From Klebsormidium nitens (Eukaryota; Plantae; Klebsormidiophyceae): a DNA stretch of 64,000 nucleotides. The first letter of the stretch is position 1; each line of letters begins with the position of its first letter. This document shows positions 50,557-64,000 of this stretch, in pieces. The notes under the pieces were generated by a model. The model saw only the letters and a program-made list of their open reading frames with translations. It was not told the DNA's origin and made no database searches. A program made the translations under genes and the position numbers. The stretch lies in the NCBI GenBank assembly GCA_000708835.1, contig DF237007.1:186001-250000 (forward strand), written 5' to 3'.

Positions 50557-53500
50557 ATGGCAACCGCTGAGGAAGACGCCTGGTGGGAGGGCCTGCCAGA
50601 CCAGATTGAGGACTGGGACGCTCCGCTCCTCCCGCCGATCGCTTCACAAAGCACCGGTCGCCGGAAATCGTCGGGTGAGAAGGCATCGCTCAAGGCAATC
50701 CTCGTGAAAGCGGACCGGCATCAAAGTGGTGTCAGCCCCCCACCGCAAATTGTGGGTGTACATGGTGGGGGTGGGGGAGCAAGTGAGCCTGTGGCGGGGG
50801 GAGGGGAAGAAGAGCTGGGCCACTCGAATCAAGCTTCGCCAGCTGTCCAACGAACAGTTTGAAGTCCTTTGCATGTGGCGCCGGTCGTCTCAAGTTTGTT
50901 AGCAAGCACTGGACCTTCTGGTGCCGACCTCCCACCCGCCCACTCTGTAATTGACAAGCACACTCCTCAGAATAGGGGGCACAATCTGAGAGAGCAGCAG
51001 CCGTACTCAGATGTGGCCCCTCCCATCCCTCCTGTAAACAGTGATGGCGTCGCACTCTCAGAGGAGCAGCGCAGCCGGATCGAGGCGAATCGAATTGCTG
51101 CGCTGCGGAGGCGAAATGCAGCGACGTGGTACCAGGCAGCACACACGTCCCCAGGGATGCTCATCCCCCCATTTCAGCAGTCAGTTCCTTGTCAGGTTTA
51201 CCCCCCTGCCCAGGTGCCCCCACACCTCCAGCCCCCCCTTTCAGAGGTTCCCTTCCCTCAAATGCATCTCCCAGGGTCGACGGCCCTGCCTTCCCATGCC
51301 AATGTGGCCCACTTTGGGGCCCGTCTGGGGGCTTTGGAGGAACGGGCGATGCACGAGAGCGTGCCAGCTGTCAGCCCGGGAAGGAGAGCGTTGCGTCCGG
51401 TCCTTCTCACGTGTCAGCAGCAAATGAGGGATTGCCAGGTGTCGCCAGCTCGTCTGCTGCCGGCTCCTTGCCAAAGTGCTCAGATACCCATTGTGACTTG
51501 CCCTCGCTACAGGCGTGTCATCGGATCGGGGGAACAGCGAAGGCGGCGGAATATGGGGGGCAAGAGGTGAACATAGAAGAGGTGGACGCGAGCAAGACTG
51601 AGCTGCGCAATGGATTTAAGCCCGAGGTTGGCAGCGAGAAGTTGAGCGACAGTCCCGAGTTCGAGGTGCCAGAAGACTTCTGGGACGATGTTGATGAGGG
51701 TCAGGGGAGGAACTCTGGGGGCGAGGGGCAAACTGCAGCGGATTCTTCTGATGTGAATAGGCCCCTCCGAGTGAATAGTCTCTCTGGTCTGACTGCGCCC
51801 GCCAGTGCCAACATACCCTCTGAGGGGGTCTTCATAAACTCAGCCGCGAGGGGGGGTGCGTCAATCGTTGTGCAGCCTGGGGGGCATTCTCACCAGGGAG
51901 TGTTACCGGCGTTCTGCAACGGCGCCTCTTCACACCAGCCTGACGCAGTTCCTACAGCCCTTCCAGCAACCCCCAGAACCTCTTAACATTCCCATCGTGC
52001 CTCAGGACCCTGGGGTCATTCGAAGACCTCTAGAAGTTTCCCTCGAGCTCCACACGGTCGACCTTTTCAGGGTCTCGGTCCACTATGCGTTCTGCGAACC
52101 TCCCTCTGGGAGTGTATTCGCACCAGATCCGTTTGAGAATCCGGAGCAGAGAACCAGGTCCGTGCTCGAGCGAGCGTGCCCAGGGGTGGTTCCACAGAAG
52201 TGGGTATCTGATGAGACTCTAGACAGCGGGGGTTTTCTCGTTCTACCAATTATCGCTTACGACGCCGTTCTGAGGGCCTTGTCAAAGGTCCCAGAAGCAA
52301 AAGCCGCAGGCATTCCGGAACTACACTGCGGGCGCTGCACGCCAGATGGGGCCCTGCCGAAAACGCTAAAACCGGGTCGAGCAGTGCCAAAGAAGAGATC
52401 ACGAAAGGGGATTTGCTGCCGGGGGATCCCTCCGAAGCCCAGTCCCCACCCCCGCCAATCAAGAGGCCCTGTGACAGCTCCTGGCGGCCGCTCAAAAGCT
52501 GGCACATTGTGAACGACGAAGTGGACGCCCTGATGGAACAGGGCCTTCCGTCGGGGCTGCGAAAGACGCTGCTGCCGTTCCAGCGGGAGGGGGTGCGGTA
52601 CAGCCTGCGCAGGGGGGGGCGCTGCCTGATAGCAGACGAAATGGGGGTGTGGAAGACAATACAGGTGGGGGAGAATATGGACCTTACTGCGGCTGTTGGT
52701 AACCGCTGGATTGTGCAAAGATGATCTGCTGAACATCATTGCTTTTCAGTTGCAGCTTTTGCGGATCTGAGTCGTCCTCTGGATTTTCGTTTTGAGCCGC
52801 TCCAAACTTGGTGCAGATAGTCTCTCCGGTTCGAATGTTTCAAAAAACGACTGCCGTACTTTCGGCGCAGTTGCTGTGTTTTGCGGCAGGACCTGATTGG
52901 TGTATGCACAAATTGAGTTTTGAATTCTGTCAAAAGCCGTGACGTCCAACCAGACCAGCCCACGAGTGCTCTCGCAAACCATTTTCAGATCAGAATCTTT
53001 GGGTAGCGCAACCGAGCTTGTCCGAATCCGGGAAGCCAACTAAATCTGCATCTGCGCCTCCAACCACTTCATAACGCTGCACACTTACCACTTGTTCAGG
53101 GCCGCAGGTAAGGAAGCTTCCCAGCCAATTGCCTGAAGCACTCGGAATTCATCCTGCTATTCTTGACTCTCGAGTCGCCAACCGAGTTGATGATATCACT
53201 CCCCAGGGAATCACTATCGCCAGCTGTTACCGCGCCGAGTGGCCGCTCCTAGTTGTCGTTCCTGCCAGCATGCGGCTGCCCTGGGCGGAAGAACTAGAGC
53301 GGTGGCTTCCTTTCCTGGGCCCAAGGGACGTGCACCTCGTGTTCTCCTTCCAGAACGATCTGCAAGAAGGGGCGCCGTGCCCGAAGGTAAGCCGAATTGC
53401 TCAAAGCCAGAGTTGTCATTGAGATTCCGTACTGTACCGCACTTCAGGTCGTAGGTTTTTGCGGAGCGCACTGACTCCTTATGTACAACTCATTCCTGGA

Positions 53501-56500
53501 TCGCCAGTGAAGTTACCTCGCTCGTTGTTATCAAAAGGCCTGGGTTTGTTGCTATCCTCAATCAACTCTTGACTGCAAACGTTCATTCTAGGGAATCGCG
53601 CTTTCTCCTTCGAAATGCCCCATTTTTGGGTCGAAGCTGCGTAAGGTGCGGCATAGAGAGTAATCTTTCGGCTAGATAGAAGAGTCAATTCTCTCGCCTG
53701 ATATAATCACGTCAGCCTTGACGGAGTTGCGCAACCAGAAAGTGTCAAGATAGGTGCGTTCCGAGGTTTACTCGACAACGTTAGAGGCTCTTCGTCAAAT
53801 TTCCCAAGCCCTTTCTTAATTGCAAACGGCTTGCATACGTCGGGCGTGATTTCACGTTAGAAACGACGCCTGCTCTGCTTTCTTTCCTGCTCATTCTCCT
53901 TCTCTTGCCCCGTTCTGCTCTCAATCCGTTCGCGAAGGCCTTGTAAACGGATGTGTTCAGAGACCCTTGCGTCTACTTGGGCAGGCGTTTGGAGTTTGAG
54001 GCCGTTTTCATTAGCACACAGCGAATCGATCTTGCGGCCCTAGGATCGCACGGCTCTTCATCCCACAGCTAACCTTCCCTTTTCTGACGCTACTCTCTTT
54101 ACATCCTACCCCAGGTTGTTGTCATCTCGTATACGATGCTGCGCCGCCTGAAGCGGACGTTCGCCGCCCATAAGTGGGGCGTGCTTATCGTGGACGAGAG
54201 TCACAACCTGCGTACGACCAAGAACCTCAAAGAGACGGAGGAGAAAGAAACGGTCAAGGAGTTCCTGCAAAAGACGAAGCGAGCAATCCTGCTATACGGA
54301 ACGCCGTCGCTTAGCAGGTTCGTCGGATCCATTCGCTTCGACAAACAGTCGCCTTCCCCTGCTTTCCTGCTTTTTGAGAGTCGGATTGCTGGACGAAAAA
54401 TCCTTTCCGTCCTTTTGTTTAGAGATTTAAAAAGCCTAGTCTTTGCTTTTGTATCGCTGTCTGTTTTGGGTCTTGCCTTCCTTCTCGATTCGGTCCTTGC
54501 TTTGGCTGACCAAAAAGTCAGCTCCGCGTTTGAGCAGTCTCCATCCAACCCAATGTCCAGGAATCGCTGAAATTGCGGAACACAGCAGCTTCGACCGGCA
54601 TCTTCTTGAGTTTCCAAAATCTCGAAGCCTCTCGATTTGCGCCTGTCTCCCCGCCTGTGCTTGTAGAAAGGCCGTTCCAAAAAGTCCAACAGGGAAAACC
54701 ACGTGTTGGTTGGCTCTGCTCGATACACTTTGCTTTTCTTCCAAACCGACAAGCTTCCGAAAGTAGCCAGAGCCTTAACCCATTTCGCTAACCTAGCATT
54801 GGCTTACAGGCCGGGTGACACCTTCATCGAGGTGGACGACCCGTGAACAACAGTCCCGTTCGGTATTCTGCTTGTTATCTTCGAGCGTCAACCCTTTTCA
54901 CGTACCTAACCCAACATGCCTAAATCTTTCCTCTCTTGCAGGCCGACTGACATTTTCCACCAGGCCGATGGTTTGTGAACCGGTCTGCTCGGCCGCAACA
55001 AATATTGTTCGCCAGATATGACTGCGAGCGCAATGTTTGCTTAACATTGCGAGAACCTTAACCATTCTTATAACCTAGTTCTAAATTCCGCAGGCCTTTC
55101 GACATCTTCTACCAGGCAGATGCTTTGTGGACCGGCCTTGCTCAGATTGCCTTCAAAGCGGCGACTTTCAGAAGCAGAACTTAACCCACAGGCGTTTGGT
55201 CAAGGAAATTGGTTAGTTTCATCCTCGCAGGTCATTCGACATTTTCCACCAGGCCGATCATTTGTGGACCGTTTGTACGATCAGCTGGGCTGGCTTTCTT
55301 TGAGTAGAAGGAAACTTTGAGTAGAAGGAAACTGTAACTCCTTAACCCAAAGGTTGGGCTCATTGCTCATGCCTTGACGGGGTCCGTAACCCGGAAAAAA
55401 ACCCCGGAATCCTCCTTTCTCGCAGGCCGTTCGACATCTTCCACCAGGCCGATGGTTTGTGGACCGGTTTGCTTGGCCGGAACAAGTACACGTTCGCCAA
55501 GGCGTACTGCGACGTGCGCACGCTGCGGCGCGGGTGCGGCAACGTCGTCAAGGACTACTCCAAAGGAATCAGGCTGCATGAACTGCACGTGCTACTTGCG
55601 GAGACGATCATGGTGGGGAGAAATTCTGCTTGCTTGATCCAATCAGTGTCAGAATCTTAAGTAAAGGCGATTCTCAAGCTAAAAGCGCTTCTGTGCACAA
55701 TGTTCTATCAATGGATAGAACATTGATAGAACGATTCGGTGAATCATTTTGGTGTTGAGGGTGAGACACTCGTGTTTTTTTGCAGTCAATTCCCGCTATT
55801 GTCTCCCCAGAACTTCAACCTGGCAAGTCGCCAAACTGCTGAATTGCCAGTCGTTTGGTTGCAAAGTGTCATCTTTCGGAGCCGTCCAGCTTTTTGAAAC
55901 TGCTAGGATCTACGTTGCCAACCACTACCAGGTTCTATATTGGGAATCTCACCATTTCACGACCTTTGTCCAATCGCGTCGTTCGTCCGTTGCTCAATCC
56001 CTGGAAGAATCCTTCTTAAGGCTTTTGAACCTGGAATTGGACCACCGAGTGTTGGAGGAAGCCAAAAACGACAGTCTTCGGACTCTTCCCCCAGGTCCGG
56101 CGGCTCAAATCGGATGTCCTGGATCAGCTCCCCCCGAAGCGGCGCCAGGTCATCCGGCTGAAACTAGAGGCGGGAGACATCAAGGACGCCAAGGAACGGA
56201 CCGTGCAGTTGGCGGCTGAGCTGGCGGCGGCGGGGAAAGTGCGGGGGGGGAAGTTTGCGAGGATGGAAGCTGAGATGCTGGCGGGAGAAGAGAGCGAGGA
56301 GGGGGGCGAGGAAGAAGAGGCGCTGAGAAGGCTGGTGGAGGGGGGGGGGTAAGTCTGCCTTCCGTTCTTGGTTTCTTGGGGGCACGTTTGGAATCCTCTT
56401 TTAGGAGAAGAGTTGCTTACGAAGCTCTCTTTGGTGCTGGCGGAAGAGGACGAGCAGGGGGGGTTGGAAGAAGAGGTGCTGAGAAGGCTGGTGGAGGGGG

Positions 56501-59500
56501 GGGGTGAGTAAATCCGTTTCCACTTTTACTGGGGGGGTGATTCGTGGTCTGCTTCTTTTGGGAAGTTGCTCAGAAAACAAGCTGCGATGCTTGCGGAAAA
56601 GAAGCAAGCAGGGAGCTTGACTGACAAAAGGATCATTATGCTTCATTCTGGTGTTGCAACAGGAGGAACGCGGGGAGAGGGGAAATGGAGAGGCGGTGAA
56701 ACGGAATGATTCAGGCCGGTCGGAGTGTTCGAGAGTGATTTGTAATATTCTGGGGGCAGCTTGGGCTTTTCATGTTCACCTCTCCGAGACACTCGGCATG
56801 GTCACTAACTCATTCGACTGCGCGTCAAGAAGTTCTGGTGGGCAGAGGTCTCACTTTTGGCTCCGAACATGGTGCCTAGTGACTGCTTTATACCATGCAC
56901 TACCTGCTTAGCGCTCACTTGCCGCTTATGCCGCTGCAGACGTCAGCGGAAAGGAAGACGGGGGCCTGACTTACCAACAGATTGGCCTTGCGAAGCTCCG
57001 GGGGGTGAGGGAGTGGCTGGGGAACAACGTGGGTCTTACCCCCCAGAAAGAGGAAGGGGCAGAAGACGTACCCAAAATGATCATCTTCGCTCACCACATC
57101 GAGCTGCTCGACCGGATCGAGGTACGAGGCCCTAAATACCTGCATTTGAGCGTGACGTCCTTCTTGATCAGCTGTTTACTAATTTGTCTTGTCTGATGTT
57201 GGATGTGATTATCTTTTCTTCTTTCGAGTTGGAGATCGAGAAGGATGCTTGACTACCTTTTGAAACATCCTCAAACACTTTTGGTTGTTGTTTGCTGAAC
57301 CCCACTGGTGACTCGGCGCATGTCGGAGCCTTTGCAGAGGTGTATTGCTCTGAGCTGTTGTCCTTGATACGTGAGCTACGTATTTCGAGCCTGTGTTGAC
57401 ACCATTACAATGATATAACCCGATGCCGAGAGCCCATCAAAGTTAGAGTTGTTAAATCACTGTCCCGATGACAGCAGAGCTGTCTGAAAGGTGGGATGCA
57501 GGATCGGAGCATGGATATTTCCGTTGCGCCCCCTTTTCCAGAAAGCTTTGCTGATGCGTACTCTGAACCTTGAAGAAGTGGTGACAACTTTTCTTTTCTG
57601 TTTGCAGCGCTACGTGCATGACTGCGGCGTTGATTACGTCAGATTTGACGGCAGCACCCTCGGCCGCGACCGGCAAGCTGCGGTCCAGGATTTCAAGCAC
57701 CGGGACGAGATCCGAGTAGCCATTGTGGGCGTGACAGCTGGCGGCGTCGGATTGGACTTCAGCGCCGCGCAGACAGTCGTCTTTGCGGAGCTGCCCACGT
57801 CATCTGCTGACCTCATGCACGTGAGCACGGGGTGGGGGTAGATTGAATCCGGGATCCGCACTGCGCAGGATTCGAAACAAGGGGTTCTAAACGCGCATGT
57901 TCAAGCCAGGAACATCCAAGCCCCCCGAAGCGTGATGAAAGTACGCAGAGTAATGAAAGAGAAGGACACTATTTGGTCTGTTCTCCTTACCTTTAAGCAC
58001 AACGATAAATAAAGTCGTCAATCGAGGTTCATATCGATTTCGAAGACCGATACAAATGAGGATCCTAGACCCAAACTATGCTGACGCAGGCTGAGGATCG
58101 CGCTCCAAAGTTCCGTAGACAAGCACTTGGTCTGCAAACAGTCCCGAACTCTCAGTCCATCCGGGAGATGACAAAGCCTCACATAGCCAGTCAACTTGCT
58201 TGACATTGATTCTTGTTCCACCCGTTGTTGACACAGGCCAAGGATCGTGCTCACCGGCGGGGCCAGTCTAGTGCCGTCAACGTGTACCTGTTCTGCGCCA
58301 AGGACACAGGCGACGAAACCAGCTGGATGCGGTTAAGCGAGTCGTTGGAGCGGGTCACCACCGTGGTTAACGGGTCCGAAAACGCGGTTAGGGGGATCCA
58401 CGTGGACGCAATTGAGGACAAAGCGTCCGGGCAAAAGTTTCGGATGGAAAACGCGGAAACCGAGGACTGGGGCGCGACGCAGTGGGAAGGGGGGGTGGGG
58501 ATTGGATGCGAAATGGGACCCCCCGGAGTGGAGGAGGAGACCTGGGAAAGAAGGATGGCGAGGAAGGGGCGGATAACGGAATTGAGAAAGTGGAAGAGCC
58601 GGGGGTTGGAATGGAGGCGGAAATTGACCCCCGCGGGAACGGAAAGGTTGTGAGCGAGAGAGAAGAAACGAGTGCGAAGCCGCATAGAGAGGCGGGGGCG
58701 GATTGGGAGAAAAACAGTGGGGCTGCGTTGGACGGCAAAGGCCCTTCCTGTGCTGCTGAATAGACGGCGGTGAAACCGAGATGCGGAACGCAGCCGAAGG
58801 GAAAGAGAGGGCGTCAGACGGGGTGCGCATTCTTACCCCCCCGGGGGTCCGCAGGCGGAGCGGCTTCCCTGACAACGGTACCCCCCCGGAAGAAAGACGG
58901 GGCGGAAAACGCGCCCGGAAGAGCCTCTTCGCGTCCTCTCAGGGGCCCGTCTTCGACGTTTTCACTCGCGCCGGGGGGGACGCGAAGGCTGTGGAAAAAG
59001 GGGGGGAGGACGATGGGGGTGTGCCGGTGGGAAAGCTGCTGTTTGAGATCAGTCCAAACACGGGGCGAGTGCATCTGTACCGGGGGGGTAAAAGTAGGGC
59101 GTCTGGAGGAGGGGGCGCGGAGTTGCTGGCGCTCAACTTTCCAAGGGAGGAGTTGGCAAAGCTGAAGACGGAAGAGGACGTCAGGTACGGCCGCTACTAG
59201 TTGTAAGATTCAAGAGTTCATGCGTATGAGTAAGAACCCTGGAGTTAAAAGTGTTGGACCGTTGAAGCTCGACAGTTGGGCTCCTGAAAGCGAGGATGAA
59301 TCTGTCAGATCCTTGGTATGCTATTGAGAGCTCAAACTCGGACATACAGATGAAATTGCTCCGTCCGGCCCGTTCCATTATCTTTTGGAAACTGCAAGTT
59401 TGATTCTTCGATATTGCAAGGGCTGTGTTGACCTGCGCAGCTCTTCTCGTTTGCGGACCCCTTCCAGAAGGCTCGATTGGAAGCTCTTTGCTCTTGTCTA

Positions 59501-62500
59501 CGCAGCTCAATAAATATCAAGGCCTGAAAGATACGTGCTTCTCAGACCGGACCAGCACTTAGTAAGCGTAAGCTTTTGGATTGGCTTCTCCGATCATAAC
59601 GGGTACCAGTCAGAGCAAATTGTTCATTTGCACCAAAGGCCCCTTCCCAGACTCCTGCCCATCGGCGCGCCGCCCGCAAATCACTCGTCGTTACAGCAGT
59701 TCTTTTGACCTGCATCGATCACGACTGCTCTCAACGCGCCTTGCCGACGAGTCAGTACGAAGCGCTTTGCTGACTCTCACCATAACCTCGACTATTCCTT
59801 GCAGATCTTACTAGGGGCCCCTCCCGAAACTCCTGCTGACGTGCGCCGCCCACCTGCGCGCCGCCCGCCAGTTCCTGGACGAGTGGACCAAGCTGCGTCC
59901 GATTCTTCGGTCGACGCTCCAGGGAATGCCCCTCAAAGCACCGCTTGAGCTGGAGCTTGAGAAAGTCCGGGGAGGAGCGACGGGGGTGAGAAGCGACTAT
60001 CTCTATATTTCAGGATCTTGCTTAACCAGGCCAGCCTGGACTGAGTAGCCTCGAGTTTATGTTGAGTTACGGCTATGTTGGATTAGTTTATGCCCGGGGG
60101 ACGGGTGGCGTTTTGGGGGTTTAGGGTGGAGGGGTTGCAAAGCATGTCAATTCTGGGTCTAGGTTTGATAGTTTGTTTGAGCCCGGGGACTTTATCTAAT
60201 CCAAACTCAGAATCGACTCGGACTCCCGTTGGAAGTGTTAGGGTCAGGTTTTTTAAAGCGACTCCAGAGACCGCCCCTGAAAGCACCGCTCGAATTGGAG
60301 ATGGACAAAATCAGGATGTCGTGACTGGTGTAAGGAAAGTGTTGAACTTTTGTTACTGGGCTGGAGGGTTTACCGTTGGGTTTCTCATCGTGCCTCCAGG
60401 GGGCCAGGGAATGGCGCTCAAAACATCGCTTGAATTGGTTCTGGACAAAGTCAGGGGGGATGGGACGGGGGTTAGTCTCTGATTGAGGCATTCAAGCTTT
60501 CAACCAAGCTTTTCTAGGGCTGACATATACAGGGTCGCATCCTTTAGACCGGACTTCAGAAGGTGCCGCTCAAAGCATCGCTTCAACTTCAGCTCGACCA
60601 TTTTAGGGGGGCCGCGCGACGGGGGTAAGACGTGTTCATTTTTTAGTTCAGGATTTACGTTCACAGTTTTGGTGCCGGACGAGGCCAGACGCCGCCCTCT
60701 GGCATTCTGCTCATCCAAGAAACTTGATTCTGAAACCAACTATTTGGTGAACATACACGACTGCCGCTGACCTGGGCGTGACGTCAGCATTCAGGGGTTG
60801 AGGACGAGTTTCTCAATGCCTGTAGGGACATCCAAAATGGTCGCTCACGTCAGCGTGACGTCATCCGCAGGGCCTGCGGGCCGGCGGGAGCAAGAAGCGC
60901 GTGGCGGCGCAGGACGAGGCGGGCCCCTCCGCTCTTCACATTTCTAGCAATCTCAGCCCAAAAGCCGCATGATTCCTTGGCATCTCGAAGATTGTCGCTG
61001 ACATCAGCATGACGTCATTTGCAGGGCCTGAGGCTGGGAGGGAGCAAGAATCGTGTGGCGGCGCGGGACGAGGTTCGTGAGCCGCTGCCGGCGGGCGCAA
61101 GCGTGCGCGGGGTGGAGTGGAGGTCGATCTTCGGGGAGCCGCAGAAGAGCAGCCAGGGGTTGGACGAGGACGGGAATCCGCTGTGCAAGATGTGCCAGAA
61201 GATCTGCAGGTGAGGGAAAGGCAGCTTGTTTGAAGCCGAAATGCATATTGTAGAAGGAGCGAGTGAAGGGTCTGGTAGAAGTGCTTGGATATTTGCTTAC
61301 AGTCGATTTGAATTACTCTTCCCAAAGTACTGCCAGCTGTTGTGAAACATGGACGGCCAGGTTGGACTTTCTCGGGTTCGATTGGAGTCATTTCTCTCAA
61401 AGATGAAGTACTCGTGTGTGCCACTTGAGAACCTTGGTGCAGAACAAGAACCGTCAAGGCTGCAAGGACGAAACGTTCAATCAGATTTGCACTAACGGTC
61501 TCCAGAAAGCACCGCTCAAACATCATACCCGGTTTCTCCACTTACGGCAAAGCCATTCCTAAAGCTGAAGCCCCTGTATGTGTGCACGAGGCCGACACTC
61601 ACAGAACTCTATCTTACGTCTCGTGTCTCTAATTCAAGTAATATTCTTATGCGGTTTGGCTGCGGTTGCTGTGTCAAGTCAGCGTAGTCTTACGGTTTTG
61701 GTACAAATCCTAAGCTTTTCTTCACGGCTGACCCTTCGCATTCCTCCTCGTCGACGCTTTTCTGACAATAAGAACACCCGGAACGATCGGTTTTTTCTTG
61801 AAACGCAGGGGCCGCTTCGCCAAGTTCCCCAAGAAAATGGCCGACCTCTTTTGCACGCTGACCTGCGCGGATCAATACTCGACTCGCACGAGCAGCGCCC
61901 ACAACCGGCGGCGGCTGTTCGAACTAGAGCGGGGGGTGTGCTCCATGTGCAACCTGGACTGCCACAAGATGGTGAGCTCCGGGGTTGTGAATCGGGGGGG
62001 TAAAGCTTGAGGGTTTTGGGTTATAATGTCTTAGGTGGGGATGGGGGGGTGTAGATTGTCGAATGTCAGGTGTTAATGTTTGTACGCTTTGGCGAGCTGC
62101 GCCTTCTTCTTATCCGCTTTTCCTACATTACCTGTCTTCTTTTCATCTCATTCTCAATCACTGCCCTCATAAAAACTCAGGGGTCCACTCCGAAGGGCCT
62201 CTTAAAAGCACAGCATCGCACGGCCGTTGGTCCTTTTCCCCTCCGCTTTCCGTGCGTTACCTCTTTTGCATTTCTCTCAATCTCTAGCAGTCCCTTCGTC
62301 AAACTCCAAGTGATCATCTTTGTATGGCCCGTCCGACGGACCGCCTCCACTGTCTTCCTCATTTGTTATTTACCGTTCTTCTCTTCGACACTCCGTTCTT
62401 TCCCTCGTTTGTTGTGCTTTTCCTCATTTCTTTTTGAGCTCTTTTCTCTTCGACAGTTTCTTAAAGCTCCCTTCATTTCAACCCAGGTGACCACTCTGAA

Positions 62501-64000
62501 GGGCCTGTCTGACGCGCAGCGCCGCAAGTCCATTTTCGAGATGGCTCCCGCGTTCCTGGACTACCCCAAGAAACTAGACTATCTGCTGGCCAACTTTAAC
62601 GAGGGCAACGCCTGGCACGCGGATCACATCGTTGCCGTCTACGAGGGCGGGGGTGAGCCGCAAACCGAAACCCTAGCCCAAAAAGCAAAAGCTCTAGTTC
62701 CAGCCCCTGAATCGTGTATTCTTGACTCTGAACCCTGAAGATTCATACCCAAGCCGAAACGTTGATTTCCAAGTGCTAGACGGACCCGTTTCTCGACTGG
62801 AAAAGACCAGAGTTAAAGTTGTATCTTGGCAGAGATGAGTGACATTTCTTTTGTCGTTGACCGAACTGCTCGGCAGCCTTAACCCGCAAAGATGCCCAAA
62901 GATCAAGCTTCAACGTCTGAAATTTGTGATTCATTGGTCGCTTTGTGGCAGATGAGTTTCGCTATCCTGCTCTATACCGAAGCCGCTGTACTGCGGTGTC
63001 TGCTCTTCTGATACGAGACTCTTGGGTCCTTTTAGCCGTTGAATCCTTCAGATGCGTGCGGTATCAGCGTCTCCTGATTACTCTCACAATCAGTGCTTAT
63101 GCTAATGCTACTCCAATCCACGTCATACCGGGCCCTGGGCCCGATGTGAGTGCATCGCAAAGATCCGGCTGACAATGGTCTCCCCTGCCACGCCAAAGTG
63201 ACGTCACAGTCTGTTTGCTGACGTAACACTTCGCCTGACATCACTTTCGCCCCTTTTCCAGGCGAGTGCGACTTAGAGAACCTGCGCACGCTGTGCGTCC
63301 CCTGCCACGCCAAGGTGACGTCAGAGCAGACGAAGCGGCGCGCTAGTGAGGCGCGCCTGGCAAAGAACGACGACCCGAAGCAGCGGAAGCTCAGCTTCGT
63401 GCCACGTGTCAAGAAGAAGCGGCCCGCGGAGTTCGTCGACCTGGGGAGCGACGAGGTGCGGACACGTGGATATGGTGTCTCTTGCACAGCTGTGTTCCTC
63501 TCGGGAGCCAATGCATTCGCCACTAGTTTGAAAGGACTGGAGGATCACGATTGGCTCCGCCTCAGTTCGTTCTTATGGGACTTACGAGACTTGGCTCGCC
63601 CCCGAGATGCCTTGTCTCGCCTCCTGCGGTCCTCGATCAGAAACGACAGAAAAGAGTCTCTAGACGCAAGCGCGCTCACAACGGGGTCCATCCATCCATT
63701 TCAGCCTCTCTCAATGCTGGAATTCTCTAATGACTGCAGCGCAGGAAGCGTCTCCGCTCGCAAAAGGCCTCGTCTCGCCTCCTGAGAAATCCAGACCACC
63801 AGAACGAACCGAAGGAGTCTCCGGATGCGATCGTGATTAAAGCAGGGGCCCATCCGTTCTAGCCATTTTCAATGCTGACAAATTTCTGTTGTTACATTGC
63901 AGAAGCGTCTCCGCCTGCGAAAGGCCCTGTCTCGCCTCCTTTGAAGTCCGGCCAGAACGAACGGAAGGACTCTCCGGAAGCGAGCGCGAACCAATCGGGG
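50557..64000 (+). pseudogene. ZRANB3: Pseudogenised inverted paralog of the ZRANB3-like helicase/HNH gene; continues past the right edge
   Basis: Collinear with 22662->9912. Lesions: TCA->TGA at 50860-50862, frameshifts near 51315, 51945, 52320 and 58540, CAG->TAG at 59812-59814, Walker A GVGKT->GVWKT, motif III SGT->YGT. Confidence 0.92.
59920..60630 (+). repeat. Degenerate tandem copies of the 3' end plus donor of ZRANB3 exon 9 in the right-arm paralog
   Basis: CT(C/G)AAA(G/A)CA(C/T)CGCT...GACGGGGGT(G/T/A)AG-like units at 59932 (true exon), 60277, 60417 and 60569. Confidence 0.85.

Larger units (their letters stand above)
47742..64000. repeat. Right arm of the inverted segmental duplication (truncated by window end)
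   Basis: Same gene order and exon content as 26543->9912 on the opposite strand. Confidence 0.95.

Overview
Intron-rich eukaryotic DNA (GT-AG introns, GC-rich exons, a plastid transit peptide). The gene set and style suggest a streptophyte green alga such as Klebsormidium, which is an inference. Conserved genes: 26S proteasome RPN3 (minus strand, runs off the left edge), very-long-chain 3-ketoacyl-CoA reductase (KCR), an intact 14-exon ZRANB3-like SNF2/HNH gene, and plastid porphobilinogen deaminase (HEMC). The window is dominated by a large, diverged inverted duplication: ~9.9-26.5 kb versus ~47.7->64 kb. Each arm holds the ZRANB3-like gene head-to-head with an unknown two-exon gene whose CCCH zinc finger is completed only by splicing. 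The right ZRANB3 copy is a pseudogene, while both CCCH copies are intact. The ~21 kb spacer holds HEMC, a hidden coiled-coil + PD-(D/E)XK-like nuclease gene, and a candidate composite DNA transposon (121-bp tandem array, CxC + chromodomain + KDZ-like transposase, convergent DUF3987-like gene). A recurring unexplained pattern is that many introns carry decayed tandem 'echo' copies of the adjacent exon boundary including its splice site, mostly at a ~135-180 bp period. Exon coordinates, motifs and alignments were read by eye; no database searches were run.
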